A model generated the notes under the pieces. It saw only the letters and a program-made list of their open reading frames with translations. It did not search any database and was not told where the DNA came from. From the NCBI GenBank assembly GCA_025449515.1, contig JANWJI010000043.1, positions 1 through 33,703 on the forward strand: a stretch of 33,703 nucleotides of DNA. The letters run 5' to 3'. A program made the position numbers and the translations under genes. Below, one piece after another: positions 1 to 9,956 of this stretch. This DNA is from Nitrososphaeraceae archaeon. Lineage in GTDB: Archaea; Thermoproteota; Nitrososphaeria; Nitrososphaerales; Nitrososphaeraceae. Position 1 is the first letter of the stretch. Every line of letters starts with the position of its first letter.

Positions 1-1339
1 ATGAGATGGCATTGCCATAGTAATATGGAGGTAAATATCTGCTCCCCACATGCCCATCTCTGCTCCCTGGTAGCCGCCAAATGCCCAACCGGCAAGACCA
101 GCCAGAAAGAATCGTGTAGTTATGTTCCAAGAGATCTGTGAGCGCCAAATAAACAGGAACGCTGTAAATATAGTTAATGCAGAAGGAAAAACAATACCCA
201 ATGATGCAGGTTGTGCCATTATTTGAAGCCAAACAGGATTTGGCATATCCAGAAATATGTGATGAGAAAAAACAAGGACCGAAAACATAAAATAGAACGG
301 CCAAGGACGGTAGTTCCATTTATTGTACTGTACGCGTTCTTTTCCATATCTCGGCGTTAGATAATACATCGCACCAAGGAAGATTAATAGTGGAAAGTAC
401 ACGATAGATGCCCAAAAACCACCACGCATTCTTTGTCAATAACCAATTTGTGGAATCAAGGGCAATTGTTGTGGAATTTTGCTGCAATGAAACTAGTCCT
501 TGCGTTAGCTGAAAAAAAAGCAGGGTTCCCTATTAATTGTATCATTGAAGTCACAAATGCTGCAACTAACACAATAGGTACCGCGGGGGTTGCGTCCCTC
601 AGTTTCTTTGTAAACCAGCTATTGATCCCTAGTAACGCCATCCATCTTAGAGTTGATGGAAGATATGTCATATGTGTATGATCTAGGTCTTGTTTGGGGT
701 AATCCTTCCCTTTTTTTTGCAGCTCTCTCTCCATGTCTAGATGCGAAGACCTGTGTTCCAACAGGTATTTTTCTTCTTAACAACGTAGTAATTATTATAA
801 TACAAAAAATCGTGATGGCTATTCCTACTAAAAGATCTGCAAATAGAAATATCTCGGCCGCAGTACCGTTCCAGGTTATACCCGGCTGACCCGGGAGGAA
901 GATAAGGCATAAGGTTATACCAACCAACGCCTAAGGACGACACTGGTGAGATGAAAATGAGTATTACACCTGCCTCCAAAACACCTAAAGAAATCTTGAC
1001 CCATTTCATACTTGACAACGGTTTTCTACCCCACTTACTTGTAGCGTAATAGCCAAACCACATCGTGTTCATTGACATAACGCCAAAGAACATTGCCTGC
1101 CCATGGGATGTTAGCAGAGCATAAAACAATACATCTTGCGGTGCAGAATGAATTTGGTTGGAAAGAGGAACACCAAGTTATATCACACGCATTCCGAGTG
1201 CACACACGCCTGCAATTAAGAAGTTTGTCAACATTACACCAATAAATAATATTACCAATTTCTTAAGATCAGGTGAGATATCGTATTGTGGTAGCTGCGG
1301 AGGTTCTTGGGGATATCGATCCTGATCCTTATTCAACAT
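1..1339 (-). pseudogene. Heme-copper oxidase subunit I, B-type-like, disrupted; runs off the left edge
   Basis: Manual translation from ATG 1339 gives MLNKDQDRY...ALGMRVI* (in-frame TAA at 1178-1180), then YALLTSHGQAMFF (helix II heme His) and GVGWYNLMP. Frameshifts follow near 905, near 750 and in the A-run at 512-519. The WFFGHPIVY motif (about 397-421) needs two 1-nt restorations. The frame is then open to the edge through VFSHHIF (CuB His pair), FPSALTIFT and DIYLHITMAMPSH. Track ORFs 737-1129, 619-927 and 456-761 are fragments of it. Confidence 0.92.
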
Positions 1340-1370
1340 ATGTTTGACTCATCTCCAGGCATTTTGGGCT

Positions 1371-1589
1371 TTAGGTTGGTAAGTTGGAACTTGGACTTGA
1401 GGAGACTACTTTTATTTGTGAAGTCATATAGGGGTGCGCATATCCACAATACTCTAAACATCTTACCAGATATATTCCTGGATGCTTAAAGGTGAATAAG
1501 AATACGTTGTCAACTCCAGGAACGACTTGCATTTGAAACATTAGCTGAGATCCATCAGTTGGACCGGCGACAATTTGGCTATTCCAAAG
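1371..1589 (-). pseudogene. C-terminal CuA domain of heme-copper oxidase subunit II, lacking its N-terminal membrane part in frame
   Basis: Open frame 1589-1371 reads ...AGPTDGSQLMFQMQVVPGVDNVFLFTFKHPGIYLVRCLEYCGYAHPYMTSQIKV...*. The CxExCxxxHxxM CuA motif is at 1425-1460, and the frame is bounded upstream by TAA at 1590-1592. It lies directly upstream of subunit I. Confidence 0.9.
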
Positions 1590-1942
1590 TTATGTGCCAT
1601 TTGTCCTGCGTTAACTATCGTAATTTGAACTGTATCTCCTTTATTAAGAGAAATTGTTGGCCCACCTGTGGTACTATTAAAGCCAAATTCGTGTTGTATC
1701 GAAACTAATTTTTTATCAATCTTCAATTGTTGCAAGGTAGGATTCGAGGGAGCGAGATTCAACGGGACATGAAGAGCAACGAATAGTCTGCTTATTCGAT
1801 CTTTCAGTAAATGATTATAAGAACTTTCTGACATTAGTCCTGCACCTACTGTGAGTAAAGCAGAAAGCGACAGTATGATTCCTATAATGATTACGATCCG
1901 ACGACTCATGATATATGGTTTAGGTGGCTGTCCAACAGTCAT
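1541..1942 (-). pseudogene. Membrane-anchored cupredoxin N-terminal part, truncated or frameshifted
   Basis: N-terminal TM helix, then GPTISLNKGDTVQITIVNAGQMAHNFGI (cupredoxin strands plus first Cu-ligand His). It stops at 1541 before any Cys/His/Met ligands and overlaps the CuA fragment in another frame. Confidence 0.75.
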
Positions 1943-2597
1943 AGCTTAACTTTGAATCATGAATATTTCATTATTAAAAGATGTGTCTTCTATTTCGGAA
2001 TTTTGCCGTCAGCCAAGTCATGAACTTTAAGTCTTACAAATCATATTGTTCAACAAACCCGGGTGATTTATCAATTGAATTGGGCAACTTTCCTCTTAAT
2101 TCAATAAGTGATGTCGAGCACAGATGGGTTCAGGAATGGAAATATAGATATTCAATTACCAAACTTAAGATATAGATTCGAATTCCCTGTTCACTTATCT
2201 GCTAGTTCTCATGAATTAATCTCGATCTATCTGAGGTATCTTGTCACTTCATGTGATTAGAGTTCAGAAAATACTTAAGTCTCTATAGTGCACGACGTGA
2301 GTTCAAAATTGAGATACTGAGGCTTGAAATCCATGAGTACAAATCAGGATCACATATCAGGATAAGTGCCTTAATAGTCCTTGTGAAAAATTTGCTGAGA
2401 AAAATAAAGCAGTAGGCGGGATATTCTCATGGTCCATATTCACATCATCCAGAAAGAAATTCCTTTTACACAAATTTTGCTTTCAGTGTTGTCTACAGAG
2501 TACATCTATCAACTGCAAGTGAATCATACCCCGTATAAATAAGCAATTCAGGGTGATGTGCATCATCTATCGCTTCCCTTCAGGACGCAGATCTACG

Positions 2598-2933
2598 TTA
2601 ACTCTTCAAGTGATACTTCTCAATTGGCACGGTACCTTCTTTATACGTGATGGTTATTATGTCACCCACTTTATAATGACAATTCGAAATTGAGCGTGGT
2701 TCACGGTCTGATGACTCAACTATACATGTCCCTTGATCATCCTTAATTACAACTCTGGCATTATCAGTAACTTCCCTTCTGAATAGATCCTTCAACGGAA
2801 ACCCAAATAGGAATTGAACGCCGAAAACCGCCCCTATAATAACTAAGATAGCAAGGGCAGCCATTTTCTTGCCAGACATTTTGGAGAAAGGAGACGAGCC
2901 CGTGTCAGAATCAGAATCGAAATCGTATCCCAC
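2598..2933 (-). CDS. Hypothetical single-TM protein with a small beta-rich (OB-like) domain
   Basis: Part of track ORF 2598-3074. The likely start is GTG 2933 (or ATG 2879), with a TTTAAA box about 35 nt upstream. TM segment AALAILVIIGAVFGVQFLFG; C-terminus CHYKVGDIITITY. Confidence 0.65.
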   Translation of the reverse strand: MGYDFDSDSDTGSSPFSKMSGKKMAALAILVIIGAVFGVQFLFGFPLKDLFRREVTDNARVVIKDDQGTCIVESSDREPRSISNCHYKVGDIITITYKEGTVPIEKYHLKS

Positions 2934-3593
2934 TAATGATGCACGGCATTTAATATGTTGCATGCAATTTAAAAATATATCAGTGCAAGGCCTTGTTCTA
3001 AATAAATTTAGAGAAATGTTTGGGGTTTGATTTACAGCAGGACACCTGACCTTGAACAAAGAAATACATTCCACGTATTGAGTTCAATGCCATAACTTCA
3101 ATCTTATGATATGCCAATACAGAAATCCTCTTTGACCTTTTAAATAAGTAGAGCAATGAGTGTTAATACTAATTCTATACCATAGGCACTGGCATATGCC
3201 AGAGTTTATACTTGTCTAGTATGGCAGAATGTTCTAGGTCGAATTGTTACACTTAAGTTGACAAGTATTACCACGAAGTTACAATCATTTACTATCCATC
3301 TGCCAAAATGCAAGTTGGAATCCTTCACGTGAATTCCGAATCGCTCGTGATTTCATGATAATATCTTTATCTCCATAGAGTAGATTATGTTTCCAATGTA
3401 CTATCATTCTAATGAAATTGTCATAGTTAGTAGATAGAATTACTTGATCGGCTGCTCTAAAGCCAACACCATAAATTTATCCTAAAATTGATTATGATTA
3501 TTTACTTTAGTGGTTCCTTCTTTCAATTGAATTCATACAATAGTCAAAGTTAAGAGCATGGTCCCAATAAACTCTAGTATTTAGATATAGATC

Positions 3594-4214
3594 ATGGCCA
3601 ATAGACGAATAGACGAAAACAGGAAGTCTCTCGAAGAATACGGAACAAGGGTAAAATCGCTTAAGAAAATGGCCGCGACAGGTATTATATTAATCTTGAC
3701 TGTGGGAGCTCTCACCCTTTTCTTAGAAGGCCTAGTTCCTGAAGCTTATCTGAGATACGTAAAGATTGTAGAGGTGGGTATTATCGGATATTTCTTCATA
3801 CAGGTTGTAAGTGAAGCAATTTATAGGGTAACCCGTGATTACTTTCAAACAAACGCAAATGCCATAAAGTCTTTCGTGAGAATCACTACTGCGATCATAT
3901 TTGCAGCCATTATCCTCTCATATCTTAGCGATGATCCGTTCTTGGCGGCGTCTATCACTACTGTAGCAGGCTTGATGCTTGCCTTTGCCTCGCAGACAGT
4001 TATGGGTAATATGATAGCAGGGTTATATCTATCACTTACACGACCATTCAAGATCGGGGATAGAATAACAGTCTTTGGAAATACTGGGACTATCTATGAA
4101 ATAGGACTGCTATATACCCGATTGATATCTGAGCAGGGAGATACCATTTTGGCACCAAGTTCTGCACTAGTAAATTCAGCCATAGTATTGCATCATGGTC
4201 AAGATATGACTTGA
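3594..4214 (+). CDS. mscS: Small-conductance mechanosensitive channel family protein
   Basis: Several TM helices followed by LAFASQTVMGNMIAGLYLSLTRPFKIGDRITV and GTIYEIGLLYTRL, the MscS signature. Confidence 0.92.
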   Translation: MANRRIDENRKSLEEYGTRVKSLKKMAATGIILILTVGALTLFLEGLVPEAYLRYVKIVEVGIIGYFFIQVVSEAIYRVTRDYFQTNANAIKSFVRITTAIIFAAIILSYLSDDPFLAASITTVAGLMLAFASQTVMGNMIAGLYLSLTRPFKIGDRITVFGNTGTIYEIGLLYTRLISEQGDTILAPSSALVNSAIVLHHGQDMT

Positions 4215-4366
4215 GTAAGGAACCCATTTTTGTTGTTGTATTTGCCGCAAGATTGTCTTACTTCATAATAATCACTAAATATTGATTATTAGTATGATAT
4301 GCGTTACGTATATAGCACGTATAATTGATAATATTATTTAATGTCAATAGAGAGGAGAGATAACAC

Positions 4367-4963
4367 TTGAGTGCTTCTATAAATATATCATTCGCTATAA
4401 TCACTGTTGCTTCATTACTTGTCGCGACTTTGGGAGTAGTTGTAATTAATTCAAATAAGGATATGATGATCTTTGCGCAGCCTGGTTACCCCTCCGAGGC
4501 AGGTAAATACAAGTTTGGCGCTATCTCAAGCGTTCAGCTTGATAAGACTGGCAAACCAGAATGGATTCTTGCCGGTCACTGGAAATCAAATTTATTGAAT
4601 GCAATATCGAACTCCACAGTTAGCCATGGCAACTTATCATTTACTCCCATATTTGATGCATCAATTAGAATGGTGATGGTAAACGGTTCTGGGTTGCATT
4701 CCCACACAATCACAAACTTCAACCTATCAAAAATATCTCTACCGAACAATAATACGAAGCAATTCAACGGCACAGTCACTGCAAGCATGAGAAATGGTCC
4801 GATTACGGATATACCTGTGAGCATAAAGTTCCTTGGAAATGATGTTATAAGCTTGTGGCTCGACCCGATGAAGATCAAGAACCATTATGGAAGTACTCCA
4901 ATTTTCGGTTTCGAGCTTAACCCTAGCAATAGGCCAATGCCCCCACAAGGAAGCGCTCACTAA
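4367..4963 (+). CDS. Secreted or membrane-anchored hypothetical protein
   Basis: 198-aa ORF with a signal/TM helix and beta-rich body (GAISSVQLD, WILAGHW, HSHTITNF, HYGSTPIFG); AT-rich TATA-like region upstream. Confidence 0.8.
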   Translation: MSASINISFAIITVASLLVATLGVVVINSNKDMMIFAQPGYPSEAGKYKFGAISSVQLDKTGKPEWILAGHWKSNLLNAISNSTVSHGNLSFTPIFDASIRMVMVNGSGLHSHTITNFNLSKISLPNNNTKQFNGTVTASMRNGPITDIPVSIKFLGNDVISLWLDPMKIKNHYGSTPIFGFELNPSNRPMPPQGSAH

Positions 4964-5302
4964 ACCTCCTAAGTAGATCATTCCTATCTCTTTCCATCAT
5001 TATTTCTATCACAACACAAGAACACAAGCAGATAGGAAGGTGGATTCACAAATTCGAATTTAGCTACTGGTCTCTCCAGGCAAAATTTCAACAATACACC
5101 AGATCTTTCAACTGTTCAAACCCTATCGATATACCGATCATATCATAAATTCCAAGCCCGAACTAGCCTAATTCATTACCTAATAGATCCAGGAATTAGT
5201 CGTATAGAGCGAATCAACGCATTTTATTTGAATTAAGGCAAGAGTAGATCACTCCTCCATATTATTCTGAACATTTGACTTTACCGATACCTATAGTTAA
5301 TT

Positions 5303-5310
5303 TTTTATAT
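5303..5310 (+). promoter_or_regulatory. Archaeal TATA box for the NHL gene
   Basis: TTTTATAT 24-31 nt upstream of ATG 5334, which suggests a leaderless or short-leader transcript. Confidence 0.55.
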
Positions 5311-5333
5311 ACGGAAGAGTCCAATCCTAATTC

Positions 5334-6332
5334 ATGCTAGAGCAAGAGAAAAACCCTCGCATTAGCGGTTTTTGCATCTATTTTTGCGGTTCAATTCTAA
5401 TTAGCTTGTTTGCAATGAGCACTATCACTACTCACCAGGCATATTCAGTTGGATCAGAACAGTACTCCTTCGTTGGAAAATGGGGATCAAAAGGTGTAGG
5501 TCACGGCATGTTTTCGCAAGCGTCTGGCATAACTACGGATTCTAATGGAAATGTGTATGTAGGAGATCTCACAGGAGTCAGCGGCAAGATACAAAAATTC
5601 ACTAGCAACGGCACATTCATTACTTCTTGGGGAAATCTAGGGTTTGGTCCCGGAGCATTTACGAATCCGACCCAGCTTTCTGCAGATTCTAATGACAACA
5701 TATACGTCGCTGATTTAGGGAACGCCGAGACAGCTGTTCAGAAATTCACTAGCAACGGCACATTCATCACTTCTTGGGGTTCAACAGGATTATCTGATGG
5801 ACAGTTTATAAATCCGAGTGGAATTGGCGTTGATTCCAAAGGCTATGTCTATGTAGCTGATTATGGAGAGAATAATCGTATTCAAAAGTTTGATAGTAAT
5901 GGAAACTTCATAACAAAATGGGGATCTACTGGTACTGGTGACGGACAGTTTATAAATCCTGCAGATGTTGCCATAGATAAAGTAAACAATGTATACGTAG
6001 TAGATAGAGGCAATGATCGTGTCCAAAAGTTTGATAGCAATGGAAACTTCATAACAAAATGGGGATCTACTGGTACTGGTGACGGACAATTCCAAAGTCC
6101 CATAGGAATTAGTGCAGATCAGTCTGGGAATATTTATGTGGTTGATTTTGGTAATGATCGTGTCCAAAAGTTTGATAGCAATGGAAACTTCATAACAAAA
6201 TGGGGATCTACTGGTACTGGTGACGGACAATTCCAAAGTCCCATAGGAATCACAGTCAATTCCAAGGGGATTGTATATGTTGTCGACGGAGGAAACGGCA
6301 GAGTCCAATTTTTCTCTCTCGCCCCTAAATAG
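5334..6332 (+). CDS. Secreted NHL-repeat six-bladed beta-propeller protein
   Basis: Signal peptide plus six repeats of about 47 aa of the type GQFxxPxGIxxDxxGNVYVxDxGNxRVQKFDSNGNFITKWGS. Confidence 0.93.
   Translation: MLEQEKNPRISGFCIYFCGSILISLFAMSTITTHQAYSVGSEQYSFVGKWGSKGVGHGMFSQASGITTDSNGNVYVGDLTGVSGKIQKFTSNGTFITSWGNLGFGPGAFTNPTQLSADSNDNIYVADLGNAETAVQKFTSNGTFITSWGSTGLSDGQFINPSGIGVDSKGYVYVADYGENNRIQKFDSNGNFITKWGSTGTGDGQFINPADVAIDKVNNVYVVDRGNDRVQKFDSNGNFITKWGSTGTGDGQFQSPIGISADQSGNIYVVDFGNDRVQKFDSNGNFITKWGSTGTGDGQFQSPIGITVNSKGIVYVVDGGNGRVQFFSLAPK
5871..6250 (+). repeat. Intragenic 141-bp-period repeats
   Basis: 6012-6109 and 6153-6250 are identical over 98 bp; a near-identical copy starts at 5871. 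Confidence 0.9.
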
Positions 6333-6583
6333 GTTCAACAGAATTAATGACAGGATTTCATTTTACTCAGTCTAATGGTCTGTGAAATTTTATACTTAAC
6401 ATACCGTCACAAGAAATGTGCTTTCTAGTCGTATATTTTTTTGTCACGCCCTACTGACTGACTAATACTGGAATATGAAATGATTACATAGTTAAACGCA
6501 GTCACATGAACGTCTCACGAAATAAAAAACAGATTTTGAGATGCATTTAATAATAAAGGTCTGAATTAAATAATGAGCAAGAT

Positions 6584-7918
6584 ATGCTGAGAAGACTATC
6601 ATTTTCATTCCTGTTAATTAGTGTTATCCTTTTGTGGTGTATAGGTTCAAACTTCACCCTTCGCATGAACTATCAATCGATACATGCCCAGGGGAATATT
6701 TTGAATACTACTAGCGATGTGCCCTCAAGAGTAATGGAAATACCAGGTTCTTTGTTTGCGCACAATCCGGGAACACCTATCCTAAAGGACTTGCACTTGA
6801 AAGCAGATATGGTCGTTAGCGGATTGAGCCTTCCTACTACGATGGCCTTCGTAGGAAATAATGACATCTTGGTATTAGAAAAGGCCAAAGGTACTGTGGA
6901 GAGGATCCTAAACGGCAAGGTATTGAGTAAACCTCTTCTAAATGTAAATGTGGAATCGCAGGTAGAAAGAGGGATGCTTGGAATTGCCGTTGCAAATAAT
7001 AGGAACGGTCCTATGTATGTTTTCTTGTACTTTACTGAAAAGACAAATCCATCAATTAGTCATACTGATGGTAGTACATCTGTTGCTAATCGTGTATACA
7101 GATACGAGTATGTTGATGGGAGACTTATTAATCCGAAGATTATTTTGGATCTACCCGCCACTCCAGGACCAAGACACAATGCGGGCTCTATAGTAATTGG
7201 TCCAGATAATAATTTGTACGTCCCGATCGGAGATGTAGATGGTCATAGTAGTCAAGCACAGAACGTAGCTGATGGAGGACCAGCTGATGGCACAGGTGGA
7301 ATACTTAGAATCACTCAAGATGGCAAGCCTGTAGGTAACGGCATACTTGGAACAACTAGTCCTGTAAACAAGTATTATGCCTATGGGATACGAAATACCT
7401 TTGGTTTAGGTTTTGACCCTTTGACTAAAAATTTGTGGGACACAGAAAATGGCGCAGGATCAAACGATGAAATTAATATAGTGCAACCAGGATTTAATAG
7501 TGGTTGGGTGCAAGTCCAGGGAAAGGCGCCTCCGGATTTCGATTACTCTCAGTTATTTACCTTTGATGGTAAGGGCATATATCATGATCCTGAATTTTCT
7601 TGGCATGATACAACTGGTCCTACCAAGATACTTTTCCTTAACTCTTCAAAACTAGGGAAAAATTACGAGAATGATGTTTTCGTGTCGGATATTCACCATG
7701 GAAGAATATTTCATTTTAAGATGAACGCAAATAGAACAAGTCTAGCATTACAAGGCCCGCTCGTTGATCGAGTAGCTGACACAGGTAACGAAACAAACGG
7801 ATTGATATTTGGATCTAATTTTGGTGGCATATCAGATATGGAAGTTGGTCCGGATGGTTACCTGTACGTAGTTTCACTTGGCCGAGGGACAATATATAAA
7901 ATAATTCCTACCCTGTAG
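6584..7918 (+). CDS. PQQ-dependent glucose/sorbosone dehydrogenase (GSDH) family protein, secreted
   Basis: Signal peptide; ERGMLGIA, PRHNAGSIVIGPDNNLYVPIGD, YAYGIRNTFGLGFDP, DEINIVQPGFNSGW and DMEVGPDGYLYV motifs. Confidence 0.93.
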   Translation: MLRRLSFSFLLISVILLWCIGSNFTLRMNYQSIHAQGNILNTTSDVPSRVMEIPGSLFAHNPGTPILKDLHLKADMVVSGLSLPTTMAFVGNNDILVLEKAKGTVERILNGKVLSKPLLNVNVESQVERGMLGIAVANNRNGPMYVFLYFTEKTNPSISHTDGSTSVANRVYRYEYVDGRLINPKIILDLPATPGPRHNAGSIVIGPDNNLYVPIGDVDGHSSQAQNVADGGPADGTGGILRITQDGKPVGNGILGTTSPVNKYYAYGIRNTFGLGFDPLTKNLWDTENGAGSNDEINIVQPGFNSGWVQVQGKAPPDFDYSQLFTFDGKGIYHDPEFSWHDTTGPTKILFLNSSKLGKNYENDVFVSDIHHGRIFHFKMNANRTSLALQGPLVDRVADTGNETNGLIFGSNFGGISDMEVGPDGYLYVVSLGRGTIYKIIPTL

Positions 7919-8339
7919 CTCATAAGATAAGCAGTAGAAGTGCGCTTCCTCCCTTCCTCTCCCCTTCAGAACCAATAATTGCAATTTTTAGATAATTATC
8001 TACCATACATTGCAAGTCTTATTCCGAATTAATTGTATTCAGAATAAAGGTACATCAGATTCTGAATTTCACTTCCACCTGATTAGCCACGCGGTGTCGT
8101 TTCCCTGTTCCACATCATATAACACTATCTGGCGGCTAATTTGGGCATCGATTTAGATCGAATCATCCTCGGAATTACTGAAGATATAATCAACAGATTA
8201 GGATTCGTTAACGATGGTAATGATCAGGACGTTTGTTCACTATTATTATATATTCATATCCACATCAGCTACAGTACGTCGCAATATTGCATCCAGACTG
8301 TTCTTTGTTACCATAAGGGAAGGCCATCTAAGGGTATCC

Positions 8340-8455
8340 TATACGACGCTAGAGAATAAGCCAACAACTCTTCCAAGATGTAGAATATGTCTTGAGTCAT
8401 TTAGTAAAAGGACACGTTTCAAATTGCACATGGTCACCATCAAATGGCTGTATAG
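8340..8455 (+). pseudogene. Possible remnant of a small C2H2 zinc-finger gene
   Basis: CRICLESFSKRTRFKLHMVT fits C-x2-C-x3-F-x5-phi-x2-H-x3. The second His (CAT 8438-8440, giving HQMAV*) is one base out of frame, and there is no good nearby start. Confidence 0.45.
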
Positions 8456-8825
8456 CTATTTGCGAAGTTCTATATCTGATATTTAAGGCCATTAAAACAT
8501 ATCTAGCACAAGTCATGAGATTTAGGCATTATGCTGGAAATCTATTGATTAATTATTTGTAAGTTGGTCATAATTATACTTATAAGTTTTGATGCCTAGG
8601 ATCTAATGCTGCGTGACGCAGCGCCACTCAGAGCACGTATCACAAAGTCAATGCAGTCTTGGACGCCCCCCTTGACATTTATCTAGGATAAGTTTTACTT
8701 GTCAGTCGTAGAGACAGGGCTTGAACGGCATAATCTAGCTATTATAAAATACCTGACTGGATTTCGGACTACATAACCGTAGTAGATTTATAGATGAGCA
8801 ACATTACGACAATTATAGAGAAAAA

Positions 8826-9635
8826 TTGTGGACGCCTAATTCCGTTAATCCTCATCATAGAAGAATTTCTGAAAACACTGGTCGCGCCAAAGCTAAATAC
8901 GCTATAGCAGGCTTGGTTGCAATCCTAATTATTCAGATGTTACCTGGAGCACCTTCGATGCGACCATCCCAATTCTTTACGGCAACTAGTCAATCATCTT
9001 TGTATTCGATAGTTACACCTGTTCTCGCACAAAGGGTGGCGACAAATAGTACGTGTAATTGTACATTAGATACCACTACTTATGGTCATTTGTCTGAGAA
9101 TGTCTCTGGTATTACTATCCCCAAGGTGAGGATTGTACAAAATCAATCTTTGCAAAGCCAAACTGAAGGCCATCTCACGTGGAAGGCAATAAAGCCTATG
9201 CAGTTGATGGGAATTCTTACTAATGGTTTCTTTCTAGGAAATTTTTCCAGCGGTACTGCCTCCACGGTTGCACTAAACTCATTGAATGTCAAACCAAATG
9301 ATTCAATAGGCATTCAGATAGGTGGAGGAACTATCCCTACAACTGCAAAAGCAGAACTATTGAAGGCTGATATAGATGTGAACGGCACGCTTGCCCAAAT
9401 TAAAACTGTTGGTAAACCTATATCTACCTTGGATGTAAATCATGGTAAGAATATGAAGATGGCGTTGGCAAAGAATAAACTTCTCGCAGGACTTGATCCT
9501 CATCCAAATAACTATCTATTACTCATGTCTTTAACGTATGACGATGGTGTCAAATCAGCCGGCTCATCACCTATTAAAGGATTGAACAAAAATCACATTG
9601 TGGCAATGTATGAGACAGTATTGCAAGCGGGCTAG
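8826..9635 (+). CDS. Secreted or membrane-anchored hypothetical protein
   Basis: 269-aa ORF with a hydrophobic N-terminal segment and a Thr/Ser/Asn-rich body; TTTATA box at about 8787-8792. No family recognised. Confidence 0.75.
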   Translation: MWTPNSVNPHHRRISENTGRAKAKYAIAGLVAILIIQMLPGAPSMRPSQFFTATSQSSLYSIVTPVLAQRVATNSTCNCTLDTTTYGHLSENVSGITIPKVRIVQNQSLQSQTEGHLTWKAIKPMQLMGILTNGFFLGNFSSGTASTVALNSLNVKPNDSIGIQIGGGTIPTTAKAELLKADIDVNGTLAQIKTVGKPISTLDVNHGKNMKMALAKNKLLAGLDPHPNNYLLLMSLTYDDGVKSAGSSPIKGLNKNHIVAMYETVLQAG

Positions 9636-9956
9636 AACAGTACCGTGCTCGTTCAAGGATTAGGATAATAGCCAAATAGTATGATATCCATAAGATATTC
9701 CGAAGACTTTCGATAGCTCTTACTAAAAATTATTTCAACGAGATACTCGATTTTGAGTGAATAATTGGAAGCAATATTCAGATATCTTGATCACGGATCC
9801 ATAGGTGTTGGAAACTATGATCAAGTAGTTGCGACTAGAATAAAAAACTAGGATCATCAAATGAACTTAATTCTCTGATTATGGTCAAGTATTTTTGAAA
9901 CAGGTATTAATTCTACAAATTTATATGTATTTCCGAACCTATCCCTATAGATTATA

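Noticed and set aside
433..1489. Plus-strand ORFs 433-681, 653-889 and 1307-1489
   Set aside because: Antisense shadows of the oxidase pseudogenes with no recognisable motifs.
1..1942. Programmed frameshifting, or an NO-reductase identity, for the oxidase
   Set aside because: There are too many lesions, including an in-frame stop, for recoding. The helix VI Tyr is present, which argues for an O2 reductase.
2934..3074. N-terminal extension of track ORF 2598-3074
   Set aside because: It runs through a TATA-like box and looks non-coding; a downstream start fits better.
5501..6338. Repetitive minus-strand ORFs over the NHL gene
   Set aside because: They simply mirror the NHL DNA repeats.
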